NCBI RefSeq assembly: GCF_009914755.1
Contig: NC_060927.1
DNA: 64,000 bases
Source of the DNA: the human T2T-CHM13v2.0 reference genome, Homo sapiens
Reading direction: 5' to 3' (one strand)
A program made the position numbers and the translations under genes. Position 1 is the first letter of the stretch; every line of letters starts with the position of its first letter. Shown here in pieces: positions 44,186 through 57,834 of the stretch. A model generated the notes under the pieces. The model had not been told where the DNA came from. It saw nothing but the letters and a program-made list of their open reading frames with translations, and searched no databases.

Positions 44186-45884
44186 ATCAACAAATACCTT
44201 ATATTCTAAATCAAGGGCCTAATTCACAAACTGGCCAAAAACCATCTATCGATCAATATTTACTTAACAGTCAATGTGTGCTGGCTGCATTTTATGAACT
44301 GGATGGGGGTGGGGTAGATGGGGTAGATGCAGAGATGAATATGATTAGTCTCTAACCTCAAGCAGTTGATGTCCTGGTTGGAGAGTTAAGACATATACTT
44401 CTAAAATAAAACATATGCTTCTAAAAATAAAACTTCAGTAACATAGCCAGTACTCAAGGACAAGTAAATGGTTCAGAAGGCAAAGGTATTGAAGAATAAA
44501 TACAAACGATTGAAGGCTAAATACAAAGGAAGACACATAGAAGGCACAATGTCTGTCAAATCCACAACACATAAATGGAAGTGAGAGAGACCAGAAGCAG
44601 CCTCCCAGTCTCCCTGGCCAGGGCCTTTCGATGACATTGCAGGCTTCCCTTGTGCCCCTGTGACTCGAAGTGATGTGGAGTTGGAGAGCTTGACTCTCAA
44701 CCTGGCACCTAGAGAAGAGCCCACACTTGTCCAATGTTCTCTCTGTGAACCGTGTTATACTAGTTTACACATGTCATCTCAGTTACTCCTCACTACAACC
44801 CTGACTACAGCAAGGTGTTACAATTCTCATGTTAGATTAATACAAATGGAGGCCCTAAGGTGAAAACTATTTCACCCAAAGTGACACAGTCAATGGAGCC
44901 CTGTATACCTGCCTCTATAGGATCTTACCCTTTCCCAGTTCACAATTCTGCCCCCTTGCTCAAAACTGAAGACACCTCCAAGCTCACACAACAATTAGGG
45001 ATTCATCCCTAGGTCTGTTCAACTGAAAAGTGGGTGCTTTTCTAAAACCTGGCAGATAGGAACAAGGACTGAGCCCATCATTGCTCCTTTTGCCCCATTG
45101 CAGAAACAGAGCCCTTCAGAAGAGTCATATGTCAAAAGGTGAAAAGAATGGTGGTTAAAATGTGAAAATGCACTGCCTTGAAATTCATTTGGTGTTCCCA
45201 CCCTTATTCTTGATGAAAGTATTCCCTCGTGACAAGTTCTTTAAAGAATTTCTCTCAACTCCATTATGCAGTGTGGAGTAATTGTATGTCATCAAAAGCC
45301 TAGGAATAGTCAAGATTGCAAAATTCTTGCTGTGCTCTTGGCAAAATCATTACTCACCAGCCAATGTTTAGAAATCAAAATGCTCCCCTTAAGTGCCATT
45401 AAACACAAATATTTATCAACGCTGCACCAGAATGTTAGGCTGACGAAGGTTGGATGTTTGTGGGTGTGCTTGCGTGTGCATAATTAGATTCAGGTTGTCA
45501 ACAAGAACAAGCTGGCTTACTGAAGTTTATGTCTTTCAGACACCCACCTACAGGCAAATGGGAGGTTTTTGCTTATTTATATCTTAGAGAAATGTTAAAA
45601 TTCTCAGAAGTATGCCCAAAGAAAACCAGGGGAATTTCTGTTTCACTGCTTTTTACAGGCATCATGAAAGGTACTGCCTATGGTAAAACAAATACCAAGA
45701 CTGTCAGGAGAGATGAAAATGGACATCAAAAGCTAAATAATGATTCAGCATAGGGAATATGGATGGATAAATCATCATTAAAAACTCCTACTATAGTTTG
45801 AAGAAAATGAGGCTTTCAATCTCTGTCTTCAATTTTCCCTGTAGGTGGCTTCTAGAGTTAGTATCTACTAAAACAGGTTAGCAC

Positions 45885-46245
45885 ATGGCTTACTTAGGTC
45901 AAGATCCCTAGAAGCCAAATCTCAGATGGGATTCTCATTCTGGGGATTTACTAGGGGGAGTGCACCTGGGAGAAGGAAAGTAAAAGAAGTAGAATAAGTC
46001 AGAGGGGAAAAGCTCAGTCAGAGCCAATCCCACAGGAGCACAAATCACCCATAGTCAGTCCCACCCTGAGGCAAGGGAAGTAGCCCTTTGCACAATGGTC
46101 GTTGGCTGAGGCCTGTCCTGGAAAGGCTCCCATTTTTCAGAGAAGTGATGCAGGCCTGACACATCAACACTCACAGCACCTGGGAATGGGTACACAAATA
46201 CTAAAGGGGCCTGAGTGGGGCACCGGCAGCATCCACCATGGTACA
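45885..46245 (-). mobile_element. ERVL solo LTR (LTR16-like)
   Basis: ccctagaagccaaatctcagatggg...gtcccaccctgaggcaaggg...ggcagcatccaccat. Confidence 0.65.
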
Positions 46246-47330
46246 CGTGACTCTTCTTATGAAACTTTTATTTCATTCTGCAGAATAAAGTGCAAACTTT
46301 TCAGCATGGAATCTGAAACCTTCTGTGTTCTAGCCTTAACTTCATGGCTCTGAAATAGATTTTCTAAAAATCTAAGACTACTTAATGTATTTGTGCAAAT
46401 GTCTAAGTGTATGTGGAGCATAGCATCAGAGAGGAGTCAGGGGACATCCACCCCTCCTTCTACCAATAGCTTCTCTGCCCTCAGAAGAAAGTTGATTCCT
46501 GAGCCTGCTTTTCTATGGATCCCAGACTAGCCCTCCAGCCTTGTCTCCTACCCCCTTTTTCCACACAGCTCAACCTTTGATAGTGCAATAAACTGTTAGT
46601 TATTTCTCAAAGATGCTGTGTTCTTTCACCTCTCCCAGACTTTGTGACACTTAGGATCAATAAGAGATGGACTAGCACAGAAAACTAAAATCCATTCCAA
46701 CCATTCCTTAATGTGACCAGCATTATTGTCTGAAAGTACACTTTTAATGTTCTGGGGCCATTTTTAAAAACCTCTCATTTTCTCTGTAAAGCAAGGCCTA
46801 AATCCCTGGCGTGGAATGTCCTTTGCCTGTTTTTCTTCCTTCGTTCTCCAGTTCAAGTGGCACCTCTACTATGGAGCCCTCTCTACCACCCCAGCCTTTC
46901 TATCCCTTCACAGCCCTGCATTACCTTTTCCTAGCACTGCCATTATTCTGCTGTATAGAATGGTCTGTTGTGTAGGCATCTACCTCTACCAGCAGATTGT
47001 GAGGTTCCTGACGGCAATACCTTTCACAGCACCTAGCACCTCACTGGGTGCGAAGCAGGTGCCAGTGCAGACATATTAAGTGGAAGAAAATAATGCATCT
47101 CTAAGGAATAGTCTCCAGGGAGAGTCCTCACAGACACTGCGGGACTTCCATAGGAAACTCATTTAAAGGACTTTTAGACTAACAATATAAACAATTACAA
47201 CAGATGCTAAGACTTATGGGACACTTATTATACCAGAATCTGCGTTTAACATTTTACATGAATTAACTGATTTTAATCTTATTAGGCAGGTACTAATTTT
47301 ATTACCATTTTACAGAAGAGAAGACCATAT

Positions 47331-48041
47331 TGTGAAAGGGAAATAAATCTCAGGACCCCAAAATCATGAAGCCAAAAGGAAAAGTCAAGCTGGGAACTGC
47401 ATCAGGCAAACCTGCCTCCTATTTTAGTTCCAAGATAAGATAGTTACAAAGATTGCTTTAAAAGCTACATATCTCCCTCACAATTTGCCAACAGGCGATT
47501 TCTTGTGGGCCTCAAGACCTTCACCTTAAACCAATTCTGTTGAATTTCACCTTGGCTATGTAAATTGATAGCTTATCTTCACAGATGGAGTACAAAGGAC
47601 ACACAGAATCAAGGTCATTCCTCTGCTCACCTGAGACAAATGCATATCCAATTGCTTCTTCTGCCCTACTGCTTATGTAAAAATGCAGATTCACTGAGTC
47701 AGACTAAGGCATAAGTTCCTCTACCCCCACTCACATGTGAGTTGTGTCTTCAATGAAAGGCTGTAAAAGACCCAAAAGAATGCAACTTTTTGTCTCTTAT
47801 CTACCTACTAGAAGCCCCCACTTCAAGTTGTCTTGACTTTCTGGGCCAAACCAATGTATGTCTTACACGTATTGACTGATGCCTCATGTCTCCTAAACTG
47901 TATAAAACCAAGCTGTGACCAAACCACCTTGGACACAGGTCATCAGGACCTCCTGAGGCAGTGTCAAGGGCATGTCCTTAACCTTAGCAAAACAACTTTC
48001 TAAGTTAATTGAGACCGGCCTCGGATATTTTTGGGTTCATA
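47331..48041 (+). mobile_element. MER4A-type ERV1 solo LTR inserted in a minus-strand MIR
   Basis: Start tgtgaaagggaaataaatctcaggaccccaaaatc...aagtcaagctgggaactgc; 4-bp TSD atat/atat; MIR on both sides. Confidence 0.88.
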
Positions 48042-48627
48042 ATATCAGGGAGGTTATGTAACTTGTTCAAGATCACATAGCTAGCAAGTGGGAGACCAGG
48101 GCATCAGAGCCAGAATGCCTGTAATCACGAAGTAACCAAATGAAGGAAGATTACTCATGCTCCTGTATTTCTGAACCATCGACCTGAGGGGCAGCACCAT
48201 GATGAAAATCACAGTCATGGCACTTTTTGTGAGCAACAATTAAAAGCCCTGTGCCCATTCATTCCCTTTCTTTCAAAGGAAAATGGTTGGAATGGGAACA
48301 AAGAAAGTAGGTTCTTAAAGTATATTTTATGCTTATATATTTGTAAGTTGTTTTGTTTGTTTATTCAGAAAGGCTTTGAATTGGAGCCAGAAGAGTCCCT
48401 CTTTGAATCACAGTTTCCTGATTAGTAAAATAGACTTTTGCCTGTTCTATTTATTTCAGAATGCCTTTGCATGGATTCCCCACTCAGGTACAAGCTTCAC
48501 AGAAGTGGAGATTTTACCCAACCTATTCATCACTGTTTCTTCATATTCCAACACAGTGCCAGACACATAATAGGCCTTGATAAACACTCATTGGCTGAAT
48601 GAATAAAAAATGAGACACTAAGGGAAT

Positions 48628-48755
48628 ACAGTGTTTCTTTCTCAAAGGGTGGTTCAAGGACCACTCGCTCCAGGGTTATCTGGAGAGTTTGTTTAAAGTA
48701 CAGATTCCTGGGCTAAAAGGGACTTCTTCACTTATTAATGTTTGAGAACTACTGA
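48628..48755. mobile_element. MER5-type hAT MITE
   Basis: cagtgtttctttctcaaag...cagattcctggg...gtttgagaactactg termini. Confidence 0.65.
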
Positions 48756-48927
48756 TATAAATGTTATGTGAGTGTCTGCAAACTGTTCAATTTCACAATT
48801 TAATGAAATTAACTTCAAGTGAAGCTGTAATTATCATCTGATTCTGATAAAGAATGGAGAGGGAATCCTACTGTTTCTCTCCACTTTTCCTTTATTTACT
48901 TCCTCATTCTTTTATACTTTCCTTCCC

Positions 48928-51698
48928 TATATTAGTCCATTCTCACATTGCTATAAAGAAATATCTGAGACTAGATAATTTATAAAGAAAGAAGTTTCAT
49001 TACTTAAGAGTTCCAAAGGCTGTACAGGATGCGAATTAGCTTCTGTTTCTGGGGAGGCCTGAGGAAGCTTCCAATCATGGCAGAAGGCAAAGGGGGAGCC
49101 AACACTTCACATGGCCAGAGCAGGAGAAAGACAGAGAGAGGGTAGAGGCGCCACACACTTTTAGACAATCAGATCTCATGAAAACTCTATCATGAGAACA
49201 GCACCAAAGGGGGAAATTCACCCCCATGATCCAGTCACCTCCCACCAGACCCCACCTTCAGCATTGGGGGTTACAATTCGACATGAGATTTGGGTGGGAA
49301 CACTGATCCAGACCATATTATTCTGCCCTTGGCCCCTCCTGAATCTCATGTCCTTCTCACATTTCAAAATATAATTATGCCTTCCCAACAGTCCCCAAAA
49401 CCTTAATTCATTCCAGCATTAACTCAAAAGTCCAAAATCCAAAGTCTCATCTAAGGCAAGGCAAGTCCCTTCTGCCTATGAGCCCATAAAACAAGTTAGT
49501 TAATCACAAAATAAAAAGGGGATACAGGTATTGGGTAAATACTGCCATTCCAAAAGGGAGAAATTAGTCAAAAGAAAGGGGTTACAGGCCCCACACAAGT
49601 CCAAAACTCAGCAGAGAAGTTATTAAATCTTAAAGCTCCAAAGTAATCTCCTTTGACTCCATATCCCACATCTGGGGCACACTGATGCAAGGGATGGGCT
49701 CCCAAGGCCTTGGGCAGCTCCACCCGTGCAGCTTTTCAGGGTTCAGTACCTGCAGCTGCTCTCAAATAACAGGTTATTTGAAATAACCAAAGTGCAAGCA
49801 ATAGTATTTGAGATCACTGAAGTCGCCATTTTAATTGGGGAATTGAGTGCCTGTGACTTTTCCAGGTACAGGATGCAAGCTACTGGTAGATCTCTCATTC
49901 CAGGGTCTACAGGATGGTGATCCCCTTCTCACCGCTCCACTAGGCAGTGCACCAGTGGGGACTCTGTGTGGGGGCTTCAACCTCACATTTCCCCTCTGCA
50001 CTACCCTGGTAGAGGTCCTCCATAAAGGCTCCACCGCTGCAGCAGGCCTCCTCTTGGACATCCAGGCTATTCCGTATTCTCTGAAATCTAGGTAGAGGCT
50101 CCCAAGCCTCAACTCTTGCACTCAGAGCAAGCTTACTGCCACACAGAAGCTGCCAAGGCTTCCAGCCTGCACCCTCTGAAGAAGCAGCCCAAGCTGTACC
50201 TGGGCCCCTTTGAGCCACAGCTGGAGCTGGAGTGGCTGAGATGTAGGGAGCAGTGCACTGAGGCTGCACGGGGCAGTGGGGCCCTGGGTTTAGTCCATGA
50301 AACCCTTCTTCCCTCCCAGGCTTCTGAGCCTGTGATGGGAGGGGCTGCTGCAAAGGTCTTTGAAATGTCTTTGGGGCCTTTTCCCCATTGTATTGGATAT
50401 TAGTACTTGGTTCCTTACTTATGTAAATTTCTGCAGCCTGCTTGAATTCCTCTCCTGAAAACGGGCTTTTCTTTCTACTACATGGCCAGGCTGCAAATTT
50501 TCCAAACTTTTATGCTCTACTTCCCTTTTAAATATAAGTTCAAGTTTTAGGTCATTTCTTTGCTCATATATATGAGCAATTGTTTGTTAGAAGCAGCCAG
50601 GTCACATCTTGAATGTTTTGCTGCTTAGAAATTTCTTCTGCCAGATATCCTAAATAATCACTCTCAAGTTCAAAGTTCCACAGATCCCTAGAGCACAGGC
50701 CCAATGCAGCCAGACTTTGTGCTAAAGCATAGCAAAAGTGACCTTTAATCTAATTCCCAATAAGTTCTTCTTCTCCATCTGAGACCTCCTCAGGCTGGAC
50801 TTCATTGTCCATATCACTATCAGCATTTTTGTCATAACCATTCAACATGTCTCTAGGAAGGTCAAACTTTCCCACATCTTCCTGTCTTTGAGAGCCCTCA
50901 AAACTCTTCTAACCTCTGCACATTACCCAGTTCCAAAGTTGCTTCCATATTTTCAGTTTTTTTTTTTTTTTTTTGAGACAAGGTCTCTCTCTGTCGTGCA
51001 GGCTGGAGTGCAGTGGCATGATCTCAGCTCACTGCAACCCCCACCTCCCAGGCTCAAGATTCTTCCACCTCAGCCTCTGGAGTAGCTGGGACTACAGGAA
51101 CATGCCACCACACCTGGCTAATTTTTTTGTTGTTGTTGTTGTTGAGATGGGGTTTTGCCAAGTTGCCCAGGCTGGTCTGAAACTCTTGAGTTCAGGTGAT
51201 CCGCCCACCTCAGCCTCCCAAAATGCTAGGATTATAGGCGTGAGCCACTGTGCCTGGCCTCAGGTATATTTATAAAAATGCCCCACTCCTTGGTATCAAT
51301 TTTCTGTATTAATCCATCCTCACACTGTTATAAAGAAATACCTGAGACTGGGTAATTAATAAGGAAAAGAGGTTTCATTGCCTCTGTGTCCCAAAGGCTG
51401 TACAGAAAGCGTAGTGGCTTCTGCTTCTGGGGAGGCTTCAGGAAGCTTCCAATCATGGCAGAAGGCAAATGGGGGAGCCAGCACTTCACATGGTCAGAGC
51501 AAGAGGAAGAGAGAGAAAGGGCAGAGGTGCCACACACTTTTAAACAATCAGATCTTCTGAAAACACAATTACAAAAACAGCACCAAAGGGGAAATATGCC
51601 CCCATTATCTAATCACCTCCCACCAGACCCCACCTCCAGCACTGGGGATTATCATTTGACATGAGATTTGGGCAGCAACACAGATCCAAACCATATTA
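48928..51698 (-). mobile_element. Two-LTR MaLR element (MSTA/MSTB-like): LTR 48928-49320, internal region 49321-51304, LTR 51305-51698
   Basis: Two homologous ~393-bp LTRs in the same orientation flanking MST/THE1-type internal sequence; TSD poorly preserved. Confidence 0.92.
50957..51259 (-). mobile_element. AluJ (Jb-like) inserted in the MST internal region
   Basis: Antisense Alu dimer, poly-T at left, (GTT)n in the linker. Confidence 0.9.
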
Positions 51699-52829
51699 CT
51701 CACCTTTCCTCTCCTCCTCCATGGCTATTTATATTTTCTGGCTTAGAGCAAGGCCCAAGAGAACAACCATAAATGCTATCCTCTCTCTTGCCCCCAAGGA
51801 TATCACAGTCCAACAGAAAAGAGGACAAAGTAATTTATATTTTGATATAATAAATTCTACAGCAGATATAAGCTAGGACATCACTTCTCCAAATTATCAG
51901 AGTGAAGAAGGTGGTTGCCACTTCGTATTGGGCTTCTTTACCTTAAGTGCCATCCTTGAAATGTTGAAGAACAAAGGAACCAAGGAGAAGAAATAATTTT
52001 AATCTTAAAGGTTTGGTTACTCTTTTCTTTAATAGTGTTCTTCTAATTCATAAATACCTTACTTTTTTTCAGTTTAGAAATTCAATATCCTTCTCTTCCC
52101 AGAACTTGCTTCCCTGGGTCAATAATTCTTCCATCCAGACTATGTCAACTTTACTTATTTGCTTTTTATTTGTGCCCAGCTTACACACATGGTAGACTTG
52201 TAAATACTGGTGAGCAAACACATTTTAAATTGTAGTAAATACTAATGAGCAAGAATATGCCTTGAAACTCCTTCTACATGATACTTTTCTTGCCTTTGTT
52301 TGTTCTTATTTTGAGTGGATTTTTACCATCTCAATTTCAGGTACACAGAAAATATCTGATTCTTTTTCTGTGGACTAAATTCTGATTACTCAACTATTTA
52401 TTTATTGAGTTGGTTTATTTATTGAGTTGGTGTCATGAGCTGAGCACATTATATTTATTGCTCAATTCAATCTTACGATATACTCCAAGAAGGAGATATT
52501 ATTATCCCCATTTACAGAAGAAGAACTGAAAGTTCAATTCCACAGCCAGTTAACGTGATGGTACCCAGGTTTTTTTGATGACAATTACCAAACACTTTTT
52601 CCTTATACCACTTTGCCTCCTGCAAATATATGGTCTATGAAGGAAAAAAATATGATATTTGCACAAGTATCTATTGTATTACTACACTCTTCTCTTTCAG
52701 TATTTTTCCTGACTCTCTCTCTTAATACTCATTTCTGTGTCTCTACAAGGTGTAACACAGAGCCATAAATACAGTAGCTTTTGGGAAAATAGATATTAAT
52801 AACTGGTGAATTAATGAATAAAAGGAATC

Positions 52830-53230
52830 AAATAACAGAAGTACAAGCAATAGTCTTTGGGATCACTAAAGTAATCATTTTAGTAGGGAAAGTAATCTGA
52901 GAAGGCTTCAAAGAGAAGGTGGCCTTTGGTGAGGAGGGTTTTCATAAGTAGCCAATGTTGGCAAAGAACTTTCCAGGCAGAAAAGCATGTGAGAAAAGCA
53001 AAGAAGTAGATAGAGCCTAGTAGGTTGGAGAAAATGAGGTTAAGTGTATGTGAATGTTAAGGCATACTAAGAAAATTGATAGGAGATATAATGTGAGAAA
53101 GACTGAGACCAGTTAGTCAGGGGACTTCAGATGTTTAGACCCGACCTCAGCAACAGTGAGAAGCCACAGGCTGTGCTTGAGGGAAATAGATATAACCCAG
53201 ACTGTGCAGAAGGGGCAGGCATTATCTTAA
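52830..53230 (-). mobile_element. L2 fragment (its left end is the donor of the 49762-49842 insertion)
   Basis: gagaaggcttcaaagagaaggtggcctttg...ttccaggcagaaaagcatgtg...gtgagaagccacagg antisense L2 motifs. Confidence 0.6.
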
Positions 53231-54216
53231 GATTTTTGAAAACAAGTCTCAGAATTTATTCTGGACACTGAAATATGCCAAAAATTCTAACAGTCAGCTT
53301 TTAGTTTCAGCTAAAGAAAATGACATGAGTTGACACAAGTCAAGGCAAAATAAAACATTTTCCAAAAGGTTATCACATTCCTTTCTCCCTAGCTGAAGGA
53401 ATCCCCGTGAATTTGTGAGCTCATTCTGAAGAGCTCCGGAGGGCCTTGTCAGGAAGGTGTTGTATAAACCACTTTGCCTCAGTGTTATATTCCTGAGGAC
53501 ATGTTTATGAGAAAGAAATCTCACCTGGTGAGTGATGTTTTTCAACAGATTTCAAGGGGCCCAGAAGTCAATATGACAATACAGGACTCACTTCTCACAT
53601 CCCCTTGCCAGGTAGGTAATGGTAGATGAGTCTCTGAATATCAGACCCTTGGAGCATTACTATGCCCCTCTGCTCTCTGAGCTCCTTTTGCGGGTGGAAG
53701 ATGAGAGAGCAGCAGAAGGGTCTGTCTGTAGGGTATGATCATTGTCAGATTCTTCCTCAGACCCCTGTCCTTTTCTTGGGCAGTGGGCACCAGCCAAGCC
53801 AGACCTTTAAAATCCACCAGCATATGGTCTGTCAGTTTCCTGTCATGGAGGAGAACAAAAGGTACACTAACTCAGAGATCCCTGGGCAGAAACCCATTGT
53901 GCTGGTGACAATATGAAGTCAGGAGAGACATCACATCAGATGAGGGCTGCAAAGCACAGGGGACTCTGAGCCAATCTGACATCTTTGGTTTTCTTTCCAA
54001 GTCTGCCCATTGGCCACTTCATATCCCATAGAGATCCAGAGTCCTCAGGCTCTTTCCTCCCCCAAGTATTCAAACCTGCTCCCTGACCTCTCACTGACAC
54101 TGGGGTGTCAACAGCTAAAATGAATGCCCTCTAACCTGCCCACCTACCCCACACACTGGCACTTGCAGGCGTTTCATGACTGAGAGTGATTCACTGAACT
54201 ATATGAATTTAGGCAA

Positions 54217-54574
54217 TGTCTTAGTCCATTTGTGCTGCTATAACAAAATGTCCAAGACTAGGTAATTTATAAACAACATAAATTTATTTCTCACTGTTCT
54301 AGAGGCTGGGAAGTTCAAGATCAAGATTCTGTGTCTGGTGAGAGCCACTCTCTGCTTCCAAGATGGTGTCTTGTTGCTGTGTCTTCACATGGCAAAAGGG
54401 AAGAAGGATCTAGCTAGTTCTCAGCAGCTTTTTTATCAGTACTTAATTTCATTGATGAAGATGAAGCTCTCATATCCAGTCACCTCCTAAAGGCCTCACC
54501 TCTTAATAACATTGCCTTGGAGATTAGGTTTCAACATTAATTTTGGAGGGGACACTAATATTTACATTATAGTA
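54217..54574 (-). mobile_element. MaLR solo LTR (MLT1A/MSTD-like)
   Basis: tgtcttagtccatt...attatagta; 5-bp TSD ggcaa/ggtaa. Confidence 0.85.
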
Positions 54575-54929
54575 GGTAAATTGTTTGGATTCTCTATGGC
54601 TACATTTTCTCATACTGAGGTGGAAATGTTACCTTCTTCTCCATTTTACTATGTGGAAGTACTGCGTAGCTGGAAATGCTACTGTGCCCATAACCTCACC
54701 TATGAGCAAGGCTCATCCATCCCAGAAGCCCTCCCACCTTGTCATCTTCCAGACAGCTCTTGAGTAGTTTCCATGCCTCTTAGCAGAGGTCATTTCATTG
54801 GCCTGCCCATGAATTTTCTGTGGTCTTCCATCACTTACTGAATAAAGGCCATGCTTCTTATTTGAATATGCTGAGTCCTACACAAATTGATCCCAATCTA
54901 CTTTTACTTCTTATCTCTTGGTGATGAAC

Positions 54930-55195
54930 ATTAGACAGTATCTGTTGATCACCTGCTATGAGTCAGGCTCTATTCTAAGTATTTTACCTGCATTAATTCA
55001 TCAATCCTCATAAATATTAGTTAGGTAGGATTAGCATTCCCATTTTACAGATGTAGAAAATGAGTTTAAAAAGTGATTTGTCTAAGAATCTCATAGTTAT
55101 TAAGTGATAAAGCTGAGGTTCAAACTGAAGCCAAGTCTTTTGTCCAGGTGCCTGCATTTTTCCTAGATATGCTCTGGGTTTGAACCACACTATGC
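54930..55195 (-). mobile_element. MIR SINE
   Basis: cccattttacagatgtagaaaatgag core, antisense. Confidence 0.75.
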
Positions 55196-55982
55196 AAAAC
55201 ACCATATGCACATTCTGTTTGTCACCAACACTATGCCTTTATTTTGCTATTACCTTCCCCTGGCATGCCCTCACCTTATTCTACACTCATCTAGATCTCA
55301 TTCATCCTTTAAGGCTTGACCTGGGCGTGACTTCTTTCAGGAAGCCACTTTTCCTTAACTCACTGAGAATGACTTGCCCCCACACCAACTCTCTGCTTTT
55401 TGGCTTTGTGTGCCCTTTTACTTCTCAGGTGTTATTGTTACTTATATGTTTGTCTGGGTACTCTATTAGGCAGCAAGCCTTTTGAGGACAAGGATAAGTC
55501 TTATCTGTCCTCATACCTCCTAAAGTATACAGGACAGCACTGTGCACTTGCACTCCCTTATAGCGCAGTGCCAGCCAATTTCCAATCGCTCTCATGTTGA
55601 TGTAGACTTTAATCTTCACAGCAGGCACAAGGGCTGCCAAGAAGGAGAAATTCCACTACCATTTTACAGATGAGGGATCTAAATCTCAGAGGGAGAGGAG
55701 ATTACCAGCCATATAGATAACTGCAGGGACAAGCTGGACAAGATGTTTCTACTGCCAGCCTCTGATCTTTCTCCTCCACCAGTGTTTGGCCCTTTACCTC
55801 TTCCATGCATGCAGTGAGTGTTTGTTGACATTTTTCAGAAGCCACATAATGTGGTACAAAGAGTTAGATAATAACAGCTAACATTTGCTGAGCTCTTAGT
55901 GTGTGCCAGGTACTGTTGTGAAAGGCAGATCATTTAGTCTAAGCAACAACCCCGTAAGGTGATAACCGTTGTTATCACTAGC

Positions 55983-56451
55983 TGTTAGGGAAAAACACAG
56001 CCAGACAGAAGACAGAAGTTAAGGCAGTGAAGATAGATTTTATTCCAAAGACTATTGCAATAGAGGAAGAGAGACTCCAGTGTAGAACTGGGCTCAATTC
56101 CAAATCCAATCAGAACACGTGGGAATTTATAGGCAAAGAGGAATGTGTAGTGGGGCATTGGTAGAAAAAAAATTAGTAGAGGAGACATAAAGTCTGGGGA
56201 GATTTGGGCTGAATCAACCTAACGGAATTCTTGCTGAAGGCAGGCCAGGGTGATTTGATATCACCTGGGGATAGTGGGGATAAGGAGCTTGGTCAGCTAT
56301 CAAATATTGAGTGTGGGGAGATCTCCCTAAACTGACTTAACAGGATTCTTGCTCAAAGTACATGGTACAAGGAAATATTTGCAAAAGCCTTGTTGGAAAG
56401 AGGATTCAGGGTAGCCTGACTAAAGTCTGACTAAGCAAGAAACCTTTGTCA
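55983..56451 (-). mobile_element. ERV1 solo LTR (MER31/MER67-like) inserted in a MIR
   Basis: Minus-strand start TGACAAAGG..CTTTAGTCAGGCT; TSD tagc/cagc; MIR flanks at 55870-55982 and 56452-56600. Confidence 0.8.
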
Positions 56452-57569
56452 CAGCCCCATTTTATTCATGAGACTAGAAATCACAGAGAGGTTTAGTAAT
56501 GTTCCCAGAGTCACAGAGTCATAAGTAATGGAGCCAGGATTTGAATATAGAAAGTCTGACTCCAAGACTCCTGCATATAGACACCAGGTTCTGCTGTCTC
56601 AAAAGGCAGTAGGTCTAGATTTTGATGCCTGTGTGCTCTTGGACATGTCTGAGTCTCACAACCAATGCAGGATACCCCTTGCGAGGCCCTACATGTAGTA
56701 GGCGCTCATTAAATGTTAGCTCTGAAAGTTGCTGTGAAGCATCTACAAGAGCCCAGACTAGGCAAAAGCCTTCCATGGCAATGAAAAAGTTTGACAAATG
56801 GAAATTCATAATTAGCTATTTATTTCCAGCTCCCCTCTACCAAGTTCAGATAAAACATTAAGTGCCTCATTCCAGTCATGAGAAAGAAGTAGGCGAGAGT
56901 CAAGGTTTGACATTGGGTTTTAAAAGCTCTTAAATAATTACAGTGTTCAGAGTAAACAGGGCCTTCATGCTTCATTAGGCAATGTGTATTATGGCTCCAT
57001 TAACACACTGCAGAGCTTTTCCATTTCCCATTTTTTGAAACACGCTGAGAAGGGAGCTGCAGTCATCAGTGTTAATTGATAGCTAACAGAAAGAAACTTC
57101 CTAAAAGGGAAATGATTTTTAGGTCCTAATTTGATTAATTATTAAAGCTCCTGGTACCTATCTTGATGGGGTAACAGGAAAACCAGATATTGTTAATATT
57201 TACTCATGTGAAGACACAGCCTGTTTATAGCCTCCACATGCCTGAACCTTTTAGTGTTTGTTCATGAGTCTACAAAGGTAAATAGGAAAGCAAGGAAGCT
57301 TTAGAGATAATTGAAAATAAAGTGCTGTTCTCACTTTCACTCCCCAGAAAATCCAGGACATGTCTTAGGTGAGACAATTAAAGACAAGGCCTCACTTTTG
57401 CCCCTAGACTATTATCTCTCAGCTTGCCCTAATGCTTCAGTAATCCACAATACTCACTACTTTGGTTCATAGTAAAAGAAGCAGTCTTTAAATAATTGGG
57501 ATGAGTGCTCATCTGAGTAAATACCACTTATTAACACCTTTATAGCCATAGATGCATAGGTAGATGTAT

Positions 57570-57751
57570 ATGTAGATGTAGATTGATAACAGAGGGATAG
57601 AGAGAGAGATAGAGACAGACAGACAGACATGTAGATGTAGATTGATAACAAAGGGATATAGAGAGAGAGACAGAGACAGACAGACAGACATGTAGATGTA
57701 GACTGATAACAGAGGGATAGAGAGAGAGAGATAGAGACAGACAGACAGACA
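57570..57751 (+). repeat. Minisatellite, 3 copies of a ~60-bp unit built from (GA)n/(GACA)n blocks
   Basis: Units start atgtagatgtaga(t/c)tgataaca at 57570, 57629 and 57690. Confidence 0.95.
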
Positions 57752-57834
57752 CAGACCGAGACATAGACATAAACCTAGACCTTGGTATAGATTTGAATGT
57801 ATGGATATTCTAACAAACATATGTAGGCTATTCT

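Noticed and set aside
57457-57820. Repeat with regular ~60-bp period and Ser/Leu-rich ORFs, superficially array-like
   Set aside because: Units are wholly repeated with no unique spacers, in eukaryotic DNA; it is a VNTR, not CRISPR or a coding repeat.
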